From Bacteroidales bacterium (GTDB lineage: Bacteria; Bacteroidota; Bacteroidia; Bacteroidales; VadinHA17), in the NCBI GenBank assembly GCA_033791445.1, contig JASJGS010000044.1, positions 833-64,832 of the forward strand: a stretch of DNA of 64,000 bases. The letters run 5' to 3'. The notes below the pieces were generated by a model. The model was given only the letters and a program-made list of their open reading frames with translations, ran no database searches and had not been told where the DNA came from. A program made the translations under genes and the position numbers. Shown piece after piece: positions 47,340 through 56,636 of the stretch; position 1 is the first letter of the stretch, and every line of letters starts with the position of its first letter.

Positions 47340-49808
47340 ATGCCTAAGAACTTATTTATTGACCCAAAAACAGTCCGGAAACCAGGAAAAATTACTTTTC
47401 AACCCATTCCGGTAAATGAATATCAGAAAACCATTGAAGAGGAGAAAGCCAACTTCTCAAATGATGATTTTCTGAAAATTTACAAGGATATGATGATTAT
47501 CCGTGAGTTTGAGCTTATGCTCAATAAGATTAAAACTACCAATGAATATAACGGGATAAGTTATAATCATCCAGGTCCTGCTCACCTGTCGATAGGGCAG
47601 GAAGCTTCCGCAGTTGGGATGGCCTATGACCTTTCTGTAGAGGATATAATTTTCGGGTCTCACCGTAGCCACGGGGAAATTTTAGCAAAAGGTCTATCTG
47701 CTATTTCCCGGCTTGAGGAAAAGCAGCTCAATTCCATAATGACCAGCTACCTTGGTGGAAAAACACTATCAGTAGTGGAGAAAAATTTCCAAGGCAAAGA
47801 GAATGAATTGGCCATTGATTTCTTATTATATGGGACCCTGGCTGAAATTTTTGCAAGGGAAACAGGTTTTAATAAAGGTCTGGGTGGTTCCATGCATGCA
47901 TTTTTTCCTCCTTTCGGAATTTATCCAAACAATGCTATTGTAGGTGGTTCAGGGGATATTGCTGTGGGTGCTGCCCTTTATAAGAAGGTAAATAAGAAGC
48001 AGGGCATTGTTGTAGCCAATATTGGAGATGCATCAATGGGATGCGGCCCTGTTTGGGAAGGAATGATGTTTTCTGCAATGGACCAGTATAAAACCCTTTG
48101 GGAAGGTGATTATAAGGGTGGCCTTCCGGTTCTGTTCAATTTTATGAACAACCAGTATGGCATGGGAGGTCAGACCAAAGGTGAAACTATGGGATATGAT
48201 ATCCTGGCCAGGGTAGGTGCAGGCGTAAACCCTGAACAAATGCATGCCGAAAGAGTAGATGGCTATAACCCACTAGCGGTAATTGATGCTTTCCGGCGTA
48301 AAAAGAAGTTGCTAATTGAAGGAAAAGGTCCCGTATTGCTTGATACACTTACCTATCGTTATAGTGGCCATTCCCCTTCCGATGCATCTTCTTACAGATC
48401 AAAAGAAGAAGTGGATGCCTGGATGAAAGAAGATTCCCTGCTATATTTTGAAACAGAACTGACAAATGCAGGCATTGCCAGCAAAGCTCAGGTTGAAGAG
48501 ATTAAGGAATATGTGAAAGATAAGATTACTCATATTACCCGACTGGCAACCAACGATGACTTATCACCACGAATGAACATGGTGAAAAATCCTGATGCCA
48601 TTGGGGAAATGATGTTTTCAAATGAGTCAATATCAGCCATGGAAAACAGGCCTCCTGAAGTAAATCATCCAATGAATGAAAACCCCAGGGTGAAACAAAT
48701 TGCCAGGAAAGAGAGGTTCGGCCTTGACAAAGAAGGAAAACCTTTTTCAAAAGTAAAGACCTATCAATTACGTGATGGAATTTTTGAAGCAGTGATCGAT
48801 CGATTTTATAAAGACCCAACACTTGTTGCCTATGGGGAAGAAAACAGAGAATGGGGTGGTGCTTTCGCTGTTTACCGGGGCCTAACAGAGGCATTGCCTT
48901 TCCAGCGGCTTTTTAATTCACCGATTTCTGAAGGAGCTATTGTTGGAACGGCTATAGGGTATGCAATGTGTGGTGGGAGAGTGATCCCGGAAATTATGTA
49001 TTGTGATTTTCTGGGTAGATCGGGAGATGAAGTATTCAACCAATTACCCAAATGGCAGGCCATGAGTGGAAATATTTTAAAGATGCCACTTGTATTACGA
49101 GTCTCTGTAGGATCAAAGTATGGAGCTCAGCATTCCCAGGACTGGTCCTCACTGGTAGCCCATATACCCGGGTTGAAGGTGGTTTTTCCGGCTACACCCT
49201 ATGATGCGAAAGGATTGATGAATTCTGCCCTTCAGGGTACCGACCCGGTTGTTTTCTTTGAAAGTCAGCGTATTTACGATATTGGTGAACTATTTCATAC
49301 AGAAGGTGTTCCTGAAGAATACTATGAAATTCCTATTGGTGAACCAGATATCAAACGGGAGGGCAAAGATTTAACTATTTTGAGCATTGGTGCCACCCTG
49401 TATAAGGCCATGGAAGCAGCGAATATACTATCAGAAAAATATGGAATGGAAGCTGAAGTTATTGATGCCAGGAGCCTGGTGCCATTTAATTATGAACCAG
49501 TTTTAAAGTCCTTGCAAAAAACAGGTAAAATACTTCTAACAAGTGATGCATCCGCCAGAGGATCTTTTATAAAAGATATGGCATCAACTATTACCGAACT
49601 TGCATTTGACGATTTGGATGCTCCACCAGTGGTAGTTGGTTCACGTAATTGGATTGTACCGGCTCATGAGTTAGAGGATTATTTTTTCCCGCAGGTTGAT
49701 TGGATCCTTGATGCCATTCATAAAAAGATAATGCCATTGAAAGCATATGTAGTTAAAAACAACAGCTCAATTGATTCTGATTTGCAAAGGTTTCAGGAAG
49801 GTATATAG
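47340..49808 (+). CDS. Fused E1 alpha-beta component of a thiamine-diphosphate-dependent 2-oxoacid dehydrogenase
   Basis: 822 aa. The alpha part carries the TPP motif IGDASMG...[10 protein letters not shown]. The beta part has ...[32 protein letters not shown] and the C-terminal transketolase-like domain. Confidence 0.85.
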   Translation: MPKNLFIDPKTVRKPGKITFQPIPVNEYQKTIEEEKANFSNDDFLKIYKDMMIIREFELMLNKIKTTNEYNGISYNHPGPAHLSIGQEASAVGMAYDLSVEDIIFGSHRSHGEILAKGLSAISRLEEKQLNSIMTSYLGGKTLSVVEKNFQGKENELAIDFLLYGTLAEIFARETGFNKGLGGSMHAFFPPFGIYPNNAIVGGSGDIAVGAALYKKVNKKQGIVVANIGDASMGCGPVWEGMMFSAMDQYKTLWEGDYKGGLPVLFNFMNNQYGMGGQTKGETMGYDILARVGAGVNPEQMHAERVDGYNPLAVIDAFRRKKKLLIEGKGPVLLDTLTYRYSGHSPSDASSYRSKEEVDAWMKEDSLLYFETELTNAGIASKAQVEEIKEYVKDKITHITRLATNDDLSPRMNMVKNPDAIGEMMFSNESISAMENRPPEVNHPMNENPRVKQIARKERFGLDKEGKPFSKVKTYQLRDGIFEAVIDRFYKDPTLVAYGEENREWGGAFAVYRGLTEALPFQRLFNSPISEGAIVGTAIGYAMCGGRVIPEIMYCDFLGRSGDEVFNQLPKWQAMSGNILKMPLVLRVSVGSKYGAQHSQDWSSLVAHIPGLKVVFPATPYDAKGLMNSALQGTDPVVFFESQRIYDIGELFHTEGVPEEYYEIPIGEPDIKREGKDLTILSIGATLYKAMEAANILSEKYGMEAEVIDARSLVPFNYEPVLKSLQKTGKILLTSDASARGSFIKDMASTITELAFDDLDAPPVVVGSRNWIVPAHELEDYFFPQVDWILDAIHKKIMPLKAYVVKNNSSIDSDLQRFQEGI

Positions 49809-49863
49809 TTTATTAGTAAAATTCACTATTTTTATGATTTCTAACTAAACTTTAAAGTGTCTA

Positions 49864-50475
49864 ATGGAAACGGCAAATATCAATCAACAGGAACTAGTAC
49901 CCAATGAAAATGGCATTGATCCGAATCTTACACAGTCTAAATACGCCAAAGGGGGAGGAAAAGAAACTTTATACAGGGTAACTATCCGAAGCCAAATAAG
50001 GCTTATTGGGATTATGGATAGCAAGGCAAACTTGATAATAAGTATGAATACGCTGTTAATTACTGGTACACTTGGATTATTAACAGGTTCCCTGTTTTTT
50101 ATTGATGCGCCAAGAGAAATGAAGCTGGTAGATTATGTTCCTTTTCTAGCCCTGCTCTTTTTTGCTATAATTGCGATGACTTATGCAATTCTTTCCACCA
50201 GGACTGATTTAAGTATAAAGAAATTCAGAGCAAAAACCAGTCCCATGCAATTTACCTTATCACATCAGAAAAAAACTCCGGTAGATGAGTATCTAAGTTA
50301 TATGGAAAAGGTGATTTCTTCGAATGAACTGATTTATGAGAACCTAAACCTTGATTTGTATTTTCTGAGTAAGGTAGTGTCCAGGAAGTCTCATTATCTC
50401 AATATTTCCTATACTATGTTCCTTATTGGACTAATTCTCTCTGTGGTTCTATTCCTTGTTATTACTGTGTTTTGA
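49864..50475 (+). CDS. DUF5706 / Pycsar-effector-like three-TM membrane protein (orphan)
   Basis: 203 aa. The segment TLYRVTIRSQIRLIGIMDSKANLIISMNTLLI is followed by three hydrophobic helices and matches my recollection of the DUF5706 pattern (..L...AD.KAN.....N..). No cyclase lies next to it. Confidence 0.45.
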   Translation: METANINQQELVPNENGIDPNLTQSKYAKGGGKETLYRVTIRSQIRLIGIMDSKANLIISMNTLLITGTLGLLTGSLFFIDAPREMKLVDYVPFLALLFFAIIAMTYAILSTRTDLSIKKFRAKTSPMQFTLSHQKKTPVDEYLSYMEKVISSNELIYENLNLDLYFLSKVVSRKSHYLNISYTMFLIGLILSVVLFLVITVF

Positions 50476-50674
50476 TTTTTATTGAGCTCTTAGATTCAAT
50501 TCCTAGGTATAAGATTTGTAGTGCATTTCTATCATTGCCTTGATATGCTAATTAGGACGGTTTCATTTTTTATTAGTAGAGCTACGAGGAGAGAACTTCT
50601 AAATTAAATAATCAATTGTATTAAATTGTTTTTACTATTCAAAAAAATCTCCGGGACAATAACACAATACAAAA

Positions 50675-51847
50675 ATGACGGACCTACTTAAAATTGGTGT
50701 TAATACACATATCCATACGCCCTATTCTTTTAGTGCATTTTCTTCTATGGATCAAATCTTTGATATAGCTTATAAGGAGAATATTAAAGTGATAGGCATA
50801 AGTGACTTCTATACGGATGATGGCTATGATGAATTTAATAGTCTGGCCAAAAGACATAGGGTTTACCCTATCTTCTGCATGGAGTATATTGGCCTTTTAA
50901 AGGAGAAACAGGAACAAAATATCAGGGTAAATGATCCCAACAACCCGGGAAGGACATACCTCTGTGGTAAAGCATTTGGCTTTCCCTTTGCTTTAAATAA
51001 AAAATATTCAGATAAGCTCTCAGAATTAACTCGGGAAAGCCAGGATCAGGCAAGGGCTATGGTATTGAAAGCGAATAACTATTTTGCTTCCCTTGGACTT
51101 TCTATTCATCTTGATTTTGAGGAGATTAAGCAAAAATATGCCCGGAACATGGTCCGGGAGAGACATATTGCAAGAGCAATTAGAATTGCTTCATGCCAGG
51201 AATCCAAAACTGAGGAAGAGTGTATAAATATGCTAGGTCTTATCCTTGAAACAGGTATCGATGAAGCTATATTGAAGCAGGATGCTTTTCTGGAAAATCT
51301 AATTAGATCAAAATTATTAAAAAAGGGTGGGTTCGCATTTGTTGAAGAAACAGAAAGTGCATTTTTGCCAGTTTCTGAGCTAGTTGAACTAATTATCGAT
51401 GGAAAAGGAATTCCTTGTTACCCGGTTTTGCTTGATGATCAAAAGGGGAATTTTACAGAATTTGAAAAGGATTGGGAGCAGCTTTGTTCTGAGCTTGTTG
51501 GTCTTGGAATATTTGCTATTGAACTAATTCCAGTTCGAAACGATCCTAATATTCTTAAAAAGTTCGTTAAGTTTTTTAAAAAAAAGAATTTCATTATTAC
51601 CTTTGGTACAGAGCATAATACGCCAGATTTAATACCTCTTACAGTCCTCAGTAAGGATGGGCAACCACTGGATGACGAGTTGAGAGAAATTGGTCTTGAT
51701 GGAGCTTGTGTTTTAGCAGCGCATCAACATTTAGTGACTGAAGGCAAGGAAGGGTATATAGATTCAAATGGTGAAGCAAAATTTAGCCAGATAAAAGATT
51801 TTGTTTCATTAGGAAAAGATGTTTTGTTAAACTTCTTAACATATTGA
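50675..51847 (+). CDS. PHP-domain (polymerase/histidinol-phosphatase-like) metal-dependent phosphoesterase
   Basis: 390 aa. N-terminal GVNTHIHTPYS (HxH) and a distal FGTEHNTP block. A stop lies 6 nt before the next gene. Confidence 0.6.
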   Translation: MTDLLKIGVNTHIHTPYSFSAFSSMDQIFDIAYKENIKVIGISDFYTDDGYDEFNSLAKRHRVYPIFCMEYIGLLKEKQEQNIRVNDPNNPGRTYLCGKAFGFPFALNKKYSDKLSELTRESQDQARAMVLKANNYFASLGLSIHLDFEEIKQKYARNMVRERHIARAIRIASCQESKTEEECINMLGLILETGIDEAILKQDAFLENLIRSKLLKKGGFAFVEETESAFLPVSELVELIIDGKGIPCYPVLLDDQKGNFTEFEKDWEQLCSELVGLGIFAIELIPVRNDPNILKKFVKFFKKKNFIITFGTEHNTPDLIPLTVLSKDGQPLDDELREIGLDGACVLAAHQHLVTEGKEGYIDSNGEAKFSQIKDFVSLGKDVLLNFLTY

Positions 51848-51853
51848 TAAATA

Positions 51854-53044
51854 ATGCAAATAGATACGGAAATCCTTTATTTTGAATTACTTCCGGCCAT
51901 CCGGGGAATCTTTTTAAGAAGTTCTTTTGTTACCGTAAATGTAACATTGAATGAATCTTCAAATACAATAGCTAAAACGAAAAGTGCATTCAATATCTGG
52001 AAGCAAAAACGATCAGATTTAAATTCATTGTACCTTGATAATGATTTAAAGATCAGTGATATATTGAAAGCCGTTAAGTCCTTTGAAAATGGTCTGAGTA
52101 CGGAGCAAAAAAGACTTCCTTCTTTTATTTTCATTCAGGATACGGGTCTCATTAATGTTTGGCCAAGCACCCAAATTGCTGGTGATGATTTGGAGGATGA
52201 GCTTGTATATTATAATCCCAAGCACCTTCACCAGAAGGTTGTAGTGATCACAGGTGGAGCACAGGGATTTGGTGAGGGTATTGCTGTTAGGGCTTTCAAA
52301 GAAGGCGCACATGTTGTGGTAGCCGATTTGAATGAAAAGCTTGGATCCAATCTGGTTAGAAAATGGAAAGGCGAGAGTGATACTGGGAATAGAATGATGT
52401 ATTTTTACGCAGATGTAACCAATGAGGAATCAGTCAGGAATTTAATAATGAAAATAGTTGATAATTTTGGAGGCATAGATATATTGATTAGCAATGCTGG
52501 AGTGTTAAGGGCTGGTGGTCTGGATGAATTAAAAACAAGTGACTTCGAATTTGTGAATGATGTAAACTACAAAGGTTTTTTCTTGTGTAGCAAATATGCA
52601 TCCCGTGTAATGAAAATACAAAATAAGTTCAACCCATCTGGATACTGCGATATAATTCAGATAAACTCAAAATCAGGCCTAGAGGGAAGTCAGAAGAACT
52701 TTGCCTATGCCGGAAGTAAATTTGGAAGTATTGGGTTGGTTCAATCCTTTGCCCTTGAGCTGATTGAGAACCGGATAAAAGTAAATGCTATTTGTCCGGG
52801 GAACTATTTTGATGGGCCTCTCTGGTCCGATCCGGAAAATGGTTTATTTGTTCAGTATCTGCGTGCTGGCAAAGTTAAAGGAGCTAAAAATATTGCTGAT
52901 GTAAAAAGATTTTATGAAAGTAAGGTGCCCATGAACAGGGGTGTTACTGTTGATGATGTGATGCTGGCCATTTTATATGCATCAGACCAGAAATATGAAA
53001 CTGGTCAGGCAATTCCGGTAACTGGTGGACAGGTGATGAGATAA
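51854..53044 (+). CDS. Sorbitol-6-phosphate 2-dehydrogenase (SrlD/SorD)-like SDR with an N-terminal extension of about 125 aa
   Basis: The C-terminal approx. 265 aa parallel E. coli SrlD as I recall it (IIQINSKSG..GS..N..Y...KFG..GL.QS.ALEL, YESKVPMNRG, TGQAIPVTGGQVM). The Rossmann motif VVVITGGAQGFG begins at about residue 128. No alternative start codon lies before it. Confidence 0.8.
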   Translation: MQIDTEILYFELLPAIRGIFLRSSFVTVNVTLNESSNTIAKTKSAFNIWKQKRSDLNSLYLDNDLKISDILKAVKSFENGLSTEQKRLPSFIFIQDTGLINVWPSTQIAGDDLEDELVYYNPKHLHQKVVVITGGAQGFGEGIAVRAFKEGAHVVVADLNEKLGSNLVRKWKGESDTGNRMMYFYADVTNEESVRNLIMKIVDNFGGIDILISNAGVLRAGGLDELKTSDFEFVNDVNYKGFFLCSKYASRVMKIQNKFNPSGYCDIIQINSKSGLEGSQKNFAYAGSKFGSIGLVQSFALELIENRIKVNAICPGNYFDGPLWSDPENGLFVQYLRAGKVKGAKNIADVKRFYESKVPMNRGVTVDDVMLAILYASDQKYETGQAIPVTGGQVMR

Positions 53045-53117
53045 TTCTGGAAGATTGTAGGAATTGTTTAAATTTGTTTAGATAAATTCCAAATTATTAT
53101 TCTTATACCTTGATAAA

Positions 53118-54230
53118 ATGGAAAAATTAGAAAAATTGTTCCTTACAACAATTAAGAATAAATGGACGCTTATTGGCTTTTTGTTATTTTTTTCCTTTTT
53201 CCCCACTACAATTGCGCAGGAACCTGTAAATGCTGGTCAGCATGAGATAAATTCTAAGGTCGAAATATACAATGACCAGGATTGGCTATTGTTTGAAGAA
53301 GTTGAACCACTGAGATTATCCCTGGCCTTTGATAGAAAATTATTTCGTAAAAACACAATAAAAGAAGAGTACCAGCCTGCAGTTCTATCTGTACATTTAC
53401 CGGATACGGTTATTGATAGGGATATTCGAATTCGTGCCAGAGGAATCACACGGAAAACAATTTGTACTTTTCCTCCTATTAAACTAAACCTGAAAGAGGC
53501 TGATTTGGGTGATACACAGCTGAAGCACCAATCTACCTTGAAAATGGTCACCCATTGTAAAAATTCCAATATGTACCAGAAGTACATATTTAAAGAATAT
53601 TTGGTATATAAGCTTTATAATCTTCTAACTGACTATAGTTTAAAGGTCAGACTTGTACAAATCGATTACATTGATACAGGTCCTAAACAGAAAGTAATAA
53701 CCAAATATGGATTCCTGATTGAGCACATCGATGCACTGGCCAGGCGAATGGATTGCGAAGAGGTCGAAAATGAATATCTCCCTCAAAAAAATATGAACAA
53801 AGAAATTATGCCTCTGCTTTGTGTTTTTCAGTATATGATGGGGAATACCGACTGGAGCCTGGCAGGTTTACATAATATTAAAGTTATACAATCAAAAAAC
53901 CCTACTGATTTTGAACCTTACCCTATACCTTATGATTTTGATTATGCAGGTTTTGTGGATACAGAATACGCAATTCCGGCTGAGGGACTGGGACTTGATT
54001 CTGTTAAGGATAGATATTACAGGTGTATTTGCTTTGAAGAATCCTCTATATTTGAATCTGTTGATTTAATAGCTTCTAAAAAGGATGCCATGTTCAAATT
54101 AATTGAAGATTTTGAATACCTGACTAAAAATGAAAAAGCTTTTCTTACCAAATATTTGAATGACTATTTTGAACCCATGGAAAACGATAAGGTTATTAGA
54201 AGAGATTTAATTGATCCTTGTATTAAATAA
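53118..54230 (+). CDS. Secreted protein of unknown function, tandem paralog A (tentative CotH-like pattern)
   Basis: 370 aa. Signal peptide ends in ..TTIAQ-E. Shares blocks with the next ORF: VTHCKNS, KEYLVYKLYN, KVRLVQIDYIDTG, KYGFLIEH, GNTDWSLAGLHNIKV, PIPYDFDYAG, TEYAIPAE. Confidence 0.6.
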   Translation: MEKLEKLFLTTIKNKWTLIGFLLFFSFFPTTIAQEPVNAGQHEINSKVEIYNDQDWLLFEEVEPLRLSLAFDRKLFRKNTIKEEYQPAVLSVHLPDTVIDRDIRIRARGITRKTICTFPPIKLNLKEADLGDTQLKHQSTLKMVTHCKNSNMYQKYIFKEYLVYKLYNLLTDYSLKVRLVQIDYIDTGPKQKVITKYGFLIEHIDALARRMDCEEVENEYLPQKNMNKEIMPLLCVFQYMMGNTDWSLAGLHNIKVIQSKNPTDFEPYPIPYDFDYAGFVDTEYAIPAEGLGLDSVKDRYYRCICFEESSIFESVDLIASKKDAMFKLIEDFEYLTKNEKAFLTKYLNDYFEPMENDKVIRRDLIDPCIK

Positions 54231-54252
54231 GGAGTAATATGAGTTTATCATA

Positions 54253-55359
54253 ATGTTAAATAAAATATATATAAGTAAGCCTATCATAGCACTTTTGTTC
54301 TGGTTAGTTTTCCTTTTACCCTCCGGTGTATTAAATGCACAGGGTTTAGATGATGATAAAGACCTTTTGCTTGATACCACATCTGTAGTAAGTATTGATT
54401 CAGAAGTGGATTGGGACTTATTTGGAAATCAGGATCTACTTAGATTATCCCTTTCCTTCGATATGAAGGAGTATAAAAAATATGCTACTGAACCCAAATA
54501 CCAGGAAGCCGTTCTAACTATTCATGGGATGGATGGATCTATTGATAAAAAGGTAAGAATAAAACCCCGGGGAGAATTTCGGAGGAAGTATTGTTCATTT
54601 CCACCCTTGAAAGTAAATGTTAAGAAAACTGATTTTGATAATGACTATTTAGATAAACAAACGACATTTAAATTTGTAACACATTGTAAAAATTCAAGTC
54701 TTTTTGAATCATATTTATTGAAGGAGTTTCTTGTTTATAAGCTCTTTAATCAATTATCAGATATGAGTTTTAAAGTCCGGCTTATTCAAATGGAATATAT
54801 TGATACGGGTAAAAAGAAAAAGGTTTATTCGAAGTATGGTTTTATTATTGAACATGTAAATTCAGTCGCTTCAAGGAACAATGCTTTTGTTTTGAAGAAC
54901 GAGAAGCTCGGTCAGGCTATTATGGATAAAGATCATATGGCTTTGGTTGCATTATTTGAATATATGGTTGGCAATCCTGATTGGTCCATTACCGGCTTAC
55001 ACAATATGAAAGTCTTGAAAATAAATGATATAAACCTCCCTAATCCATTGCCTGTACCCTATGATTTTGACTATTCAGGGATTATTAATACGGAATATGC
55101 CATACCATCAGAAGATTTGGGGATTGAGTCAATAACAGAGAGATTGTATAGAGGAATCTGCCTTCCTGAAGAGGCTTTAAGAAATGGCAAAGAAGTCTTA
55201 CTTAAGAATAAAGATGAACTATTTAGAATTATTGAAGAATTTTCATATTTAAATAAGAGAGAACGCAAAGAGCTAAGCAGTTATCTGAATACTTCTTTTG
55301 ATATTATTGAATCTGAATCCTCTTTTAATCGTGAAATTATTAATAATTGTATAGATTGA
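54253..55359 (+). CDS. Secreted protein of unknown function, tandem paralog B (tentative CotH-like pattern)
   Basis: 368 aa. Signal peptide ends in ..LNAQ-G. Colinear with paralog A (VTHCKNS, KEFLVYKLFN, KVRLIQMEYIDTG, KYGFIIEH, GNPDWSITGLHNMKV, PVPYDFDYSG, TEYAIPSE). Confidence 0.6.
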   Translation: MLNKIYISKPIIALLFWLVFLLPSGVLNAQGLDDDKDLLLDTTSVVSIDSEVDWDLFGNQDLLRLSLSFDMKEYKKYATEPKYQEAVLTIHGMDGSIDKKVRIKPRGEFRRKYCSFPPLKVNVKKTDFDNDYLDKQTTFKFVTHCKNSSLFESYLLKEFLVYKLFNQLSDMSFKVRLIQMEYIDTGKKKKVYSKYGFIIEHVNSVASRNNAFVLKNEKLGQAIMDKDHMALVALFEYMVGNPDWSITGLHNMKVLKINDINLPNPLPVPYDFDYSGIINTEYAIPSEDLGIESITERLYRGICLPEEALRNGKEVLLKNKDELFRIIEEFSYLNKRERKELSSYLNTSFDIIESESSFNREIINNCID

Positions 55360-55373
55360 AATAATTGATATAA

Positions 55374-56636
55374 ATGAAATCAAAAGCTGTTAGAATATAC
55401 GGGAAGAGAGATCTTCGATTAGAAGAATTTGATCTTCCACCAATGAAAGAAGATGAGATCCTTGCGAGGGTAGTTTCGGATAGTATTTGCATGTCAACAC
55501 ACAAGGCTGCATTGCAGGGAATAGAGCACAAGAGGATTCCTAATGATGTGCATAAGAACCCCACCATTGTTGGCCATGAATTTAGTGGTGAAATTATCGC
55601 TGTAGGCGAAAAATGGGCTGATCAGTTCCAGTCCGGGCAAAAGTTCTCCATCCAACCTGCTTTAAACTATAAAGGCAGCCTCGATGCCCCGGGCTACTCG
55701 TATAGATGGATAGGGGGCAATGCCACACATATAATTATTCCAAATGAAGTCATGGAAATGAATTGCTTACTGGCCTATGATGGACCTGGGTTTTATCCGG
55801 CCTCATTATCGGAGCCTCTTTCCTGTGTGATTGGAGCATTTCATGCAAATTACCATATGAAACCTGGGAAATATAACCATCATATGGATATACAGGAGAA
55901 GGGGAATATGGCAATTCTGGCAGGAGCCGGACCTATGGGACTTGCGGCCATCAATTATGCCCTGTACAGGGAAAGAAAACCTTCGCTTCTGGTGGTAACC
56001 GATATCGATGACCAGAGATTGAATAAAGCCGAGTTGTTATACTCTAAAGAACTTGCGTCAAAAATGGGGGTAGAGCTTGTTTACATGAATACAGGTAAAT
56101 CCAGAGTGGCTGATAAAGACCTTTTGAATCTAGCGGGTGGAGAGGGATTTAACGATGTATTTGTTTTTGCCCCGGTACCAGAGGTGATTGAACTCGGTGA
56201 TAAAATATTGGCCAGGGATGGTTGTCTAAATTTCTTTGCAGGACCTTCCAATCCGGATTTTTCAGCTAAATTCAATTTCTATAATTTGCATTATAATTCA
56301 ACGCATGTGGTTGGAACCAGTGGTGGCAATAACGATGATATGAATGAGGCCCTTGAATTAATGGCAAAGGGCCTGGATCCTTCAGGTCTAATTACTCATA
56401 TTGGAGGACTGAATGCTGTAATTGATACTACCTTGAATTTGCCTGGAATTCCAGGAGGTAAAAAGCTAATTTATACCAATATAAACCTGGAACTAACTGC
56501 CATTGATGATTTTGAGCAATTGGGCGAAAATAACCCCCTCTTTAAATCTCTTGCAGAAATTACTTCCAGGCACAATGGCTTATGGTCTGTTGAGGCGGAG
56601 GCATTTCTATTAAAGAATGTGTCAAAACTTTCCTAG
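55374..56636 (+). CDS. Zn-dependent medium-chain dehydrogenase, L-sorbose-1-phosphate reductase (SorE)-like
   Basis: 420 aa. MKSKAVRIYGKRDLRLEEF...DSICMSTHKAALQG...GHEFSGEI (Zn-ADH signature region). Length and N-terminus match proteins usually annotated as sorbose-1-phosphate reductase. Confidence 0.7.
   Translation: MKSKAVRIYGKRDLRLEEFDLPPMKEDEILARVVSDSICMSTHKAALQGIEHKRIPNDVHKNPTIVGHEFSGEIIAVGEKWADQFQSGQKFSIQPALNYKGSLDAPGYSYRWIGGNATHIIIPNEVMEMNCLLAYDGPGFYPASLSEPLSCVIGAFHANYHMKPGKYNHHMDIQEKGNMAILAGAGPMGLAAINYALYRERKPSLLVVTDIDDQRLNKAELLYSKELASKMGVELVYMNTGKSRVADKDLLNLAGGEGFNDVFVFAPVPEVIELGDKILARDGCLNFFAGPSNPDFSAKFNFYNLHYNSTHVVGTSGGNNDDMNEALELMAKGLDPSGLITHIGGLNAVIDTTLNLPGIPGGKKLIYTNINLELTAIDDFEQLGENNPLFKSLAEITSRHNGLWSVEAEAFLLKNVSKLS

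Noticed and set aside
49864-51847. The DUF5706-like protein plus the PHP phosphoesterase as a two-gene defence system.
   Set aside because: The genes are separated by about 200 nt. The PHP gene is tightly coupled (6 nt) to the downstream sugar-phosphate dehydrogenase operon instead. No cyclase or nuclease signature is present.
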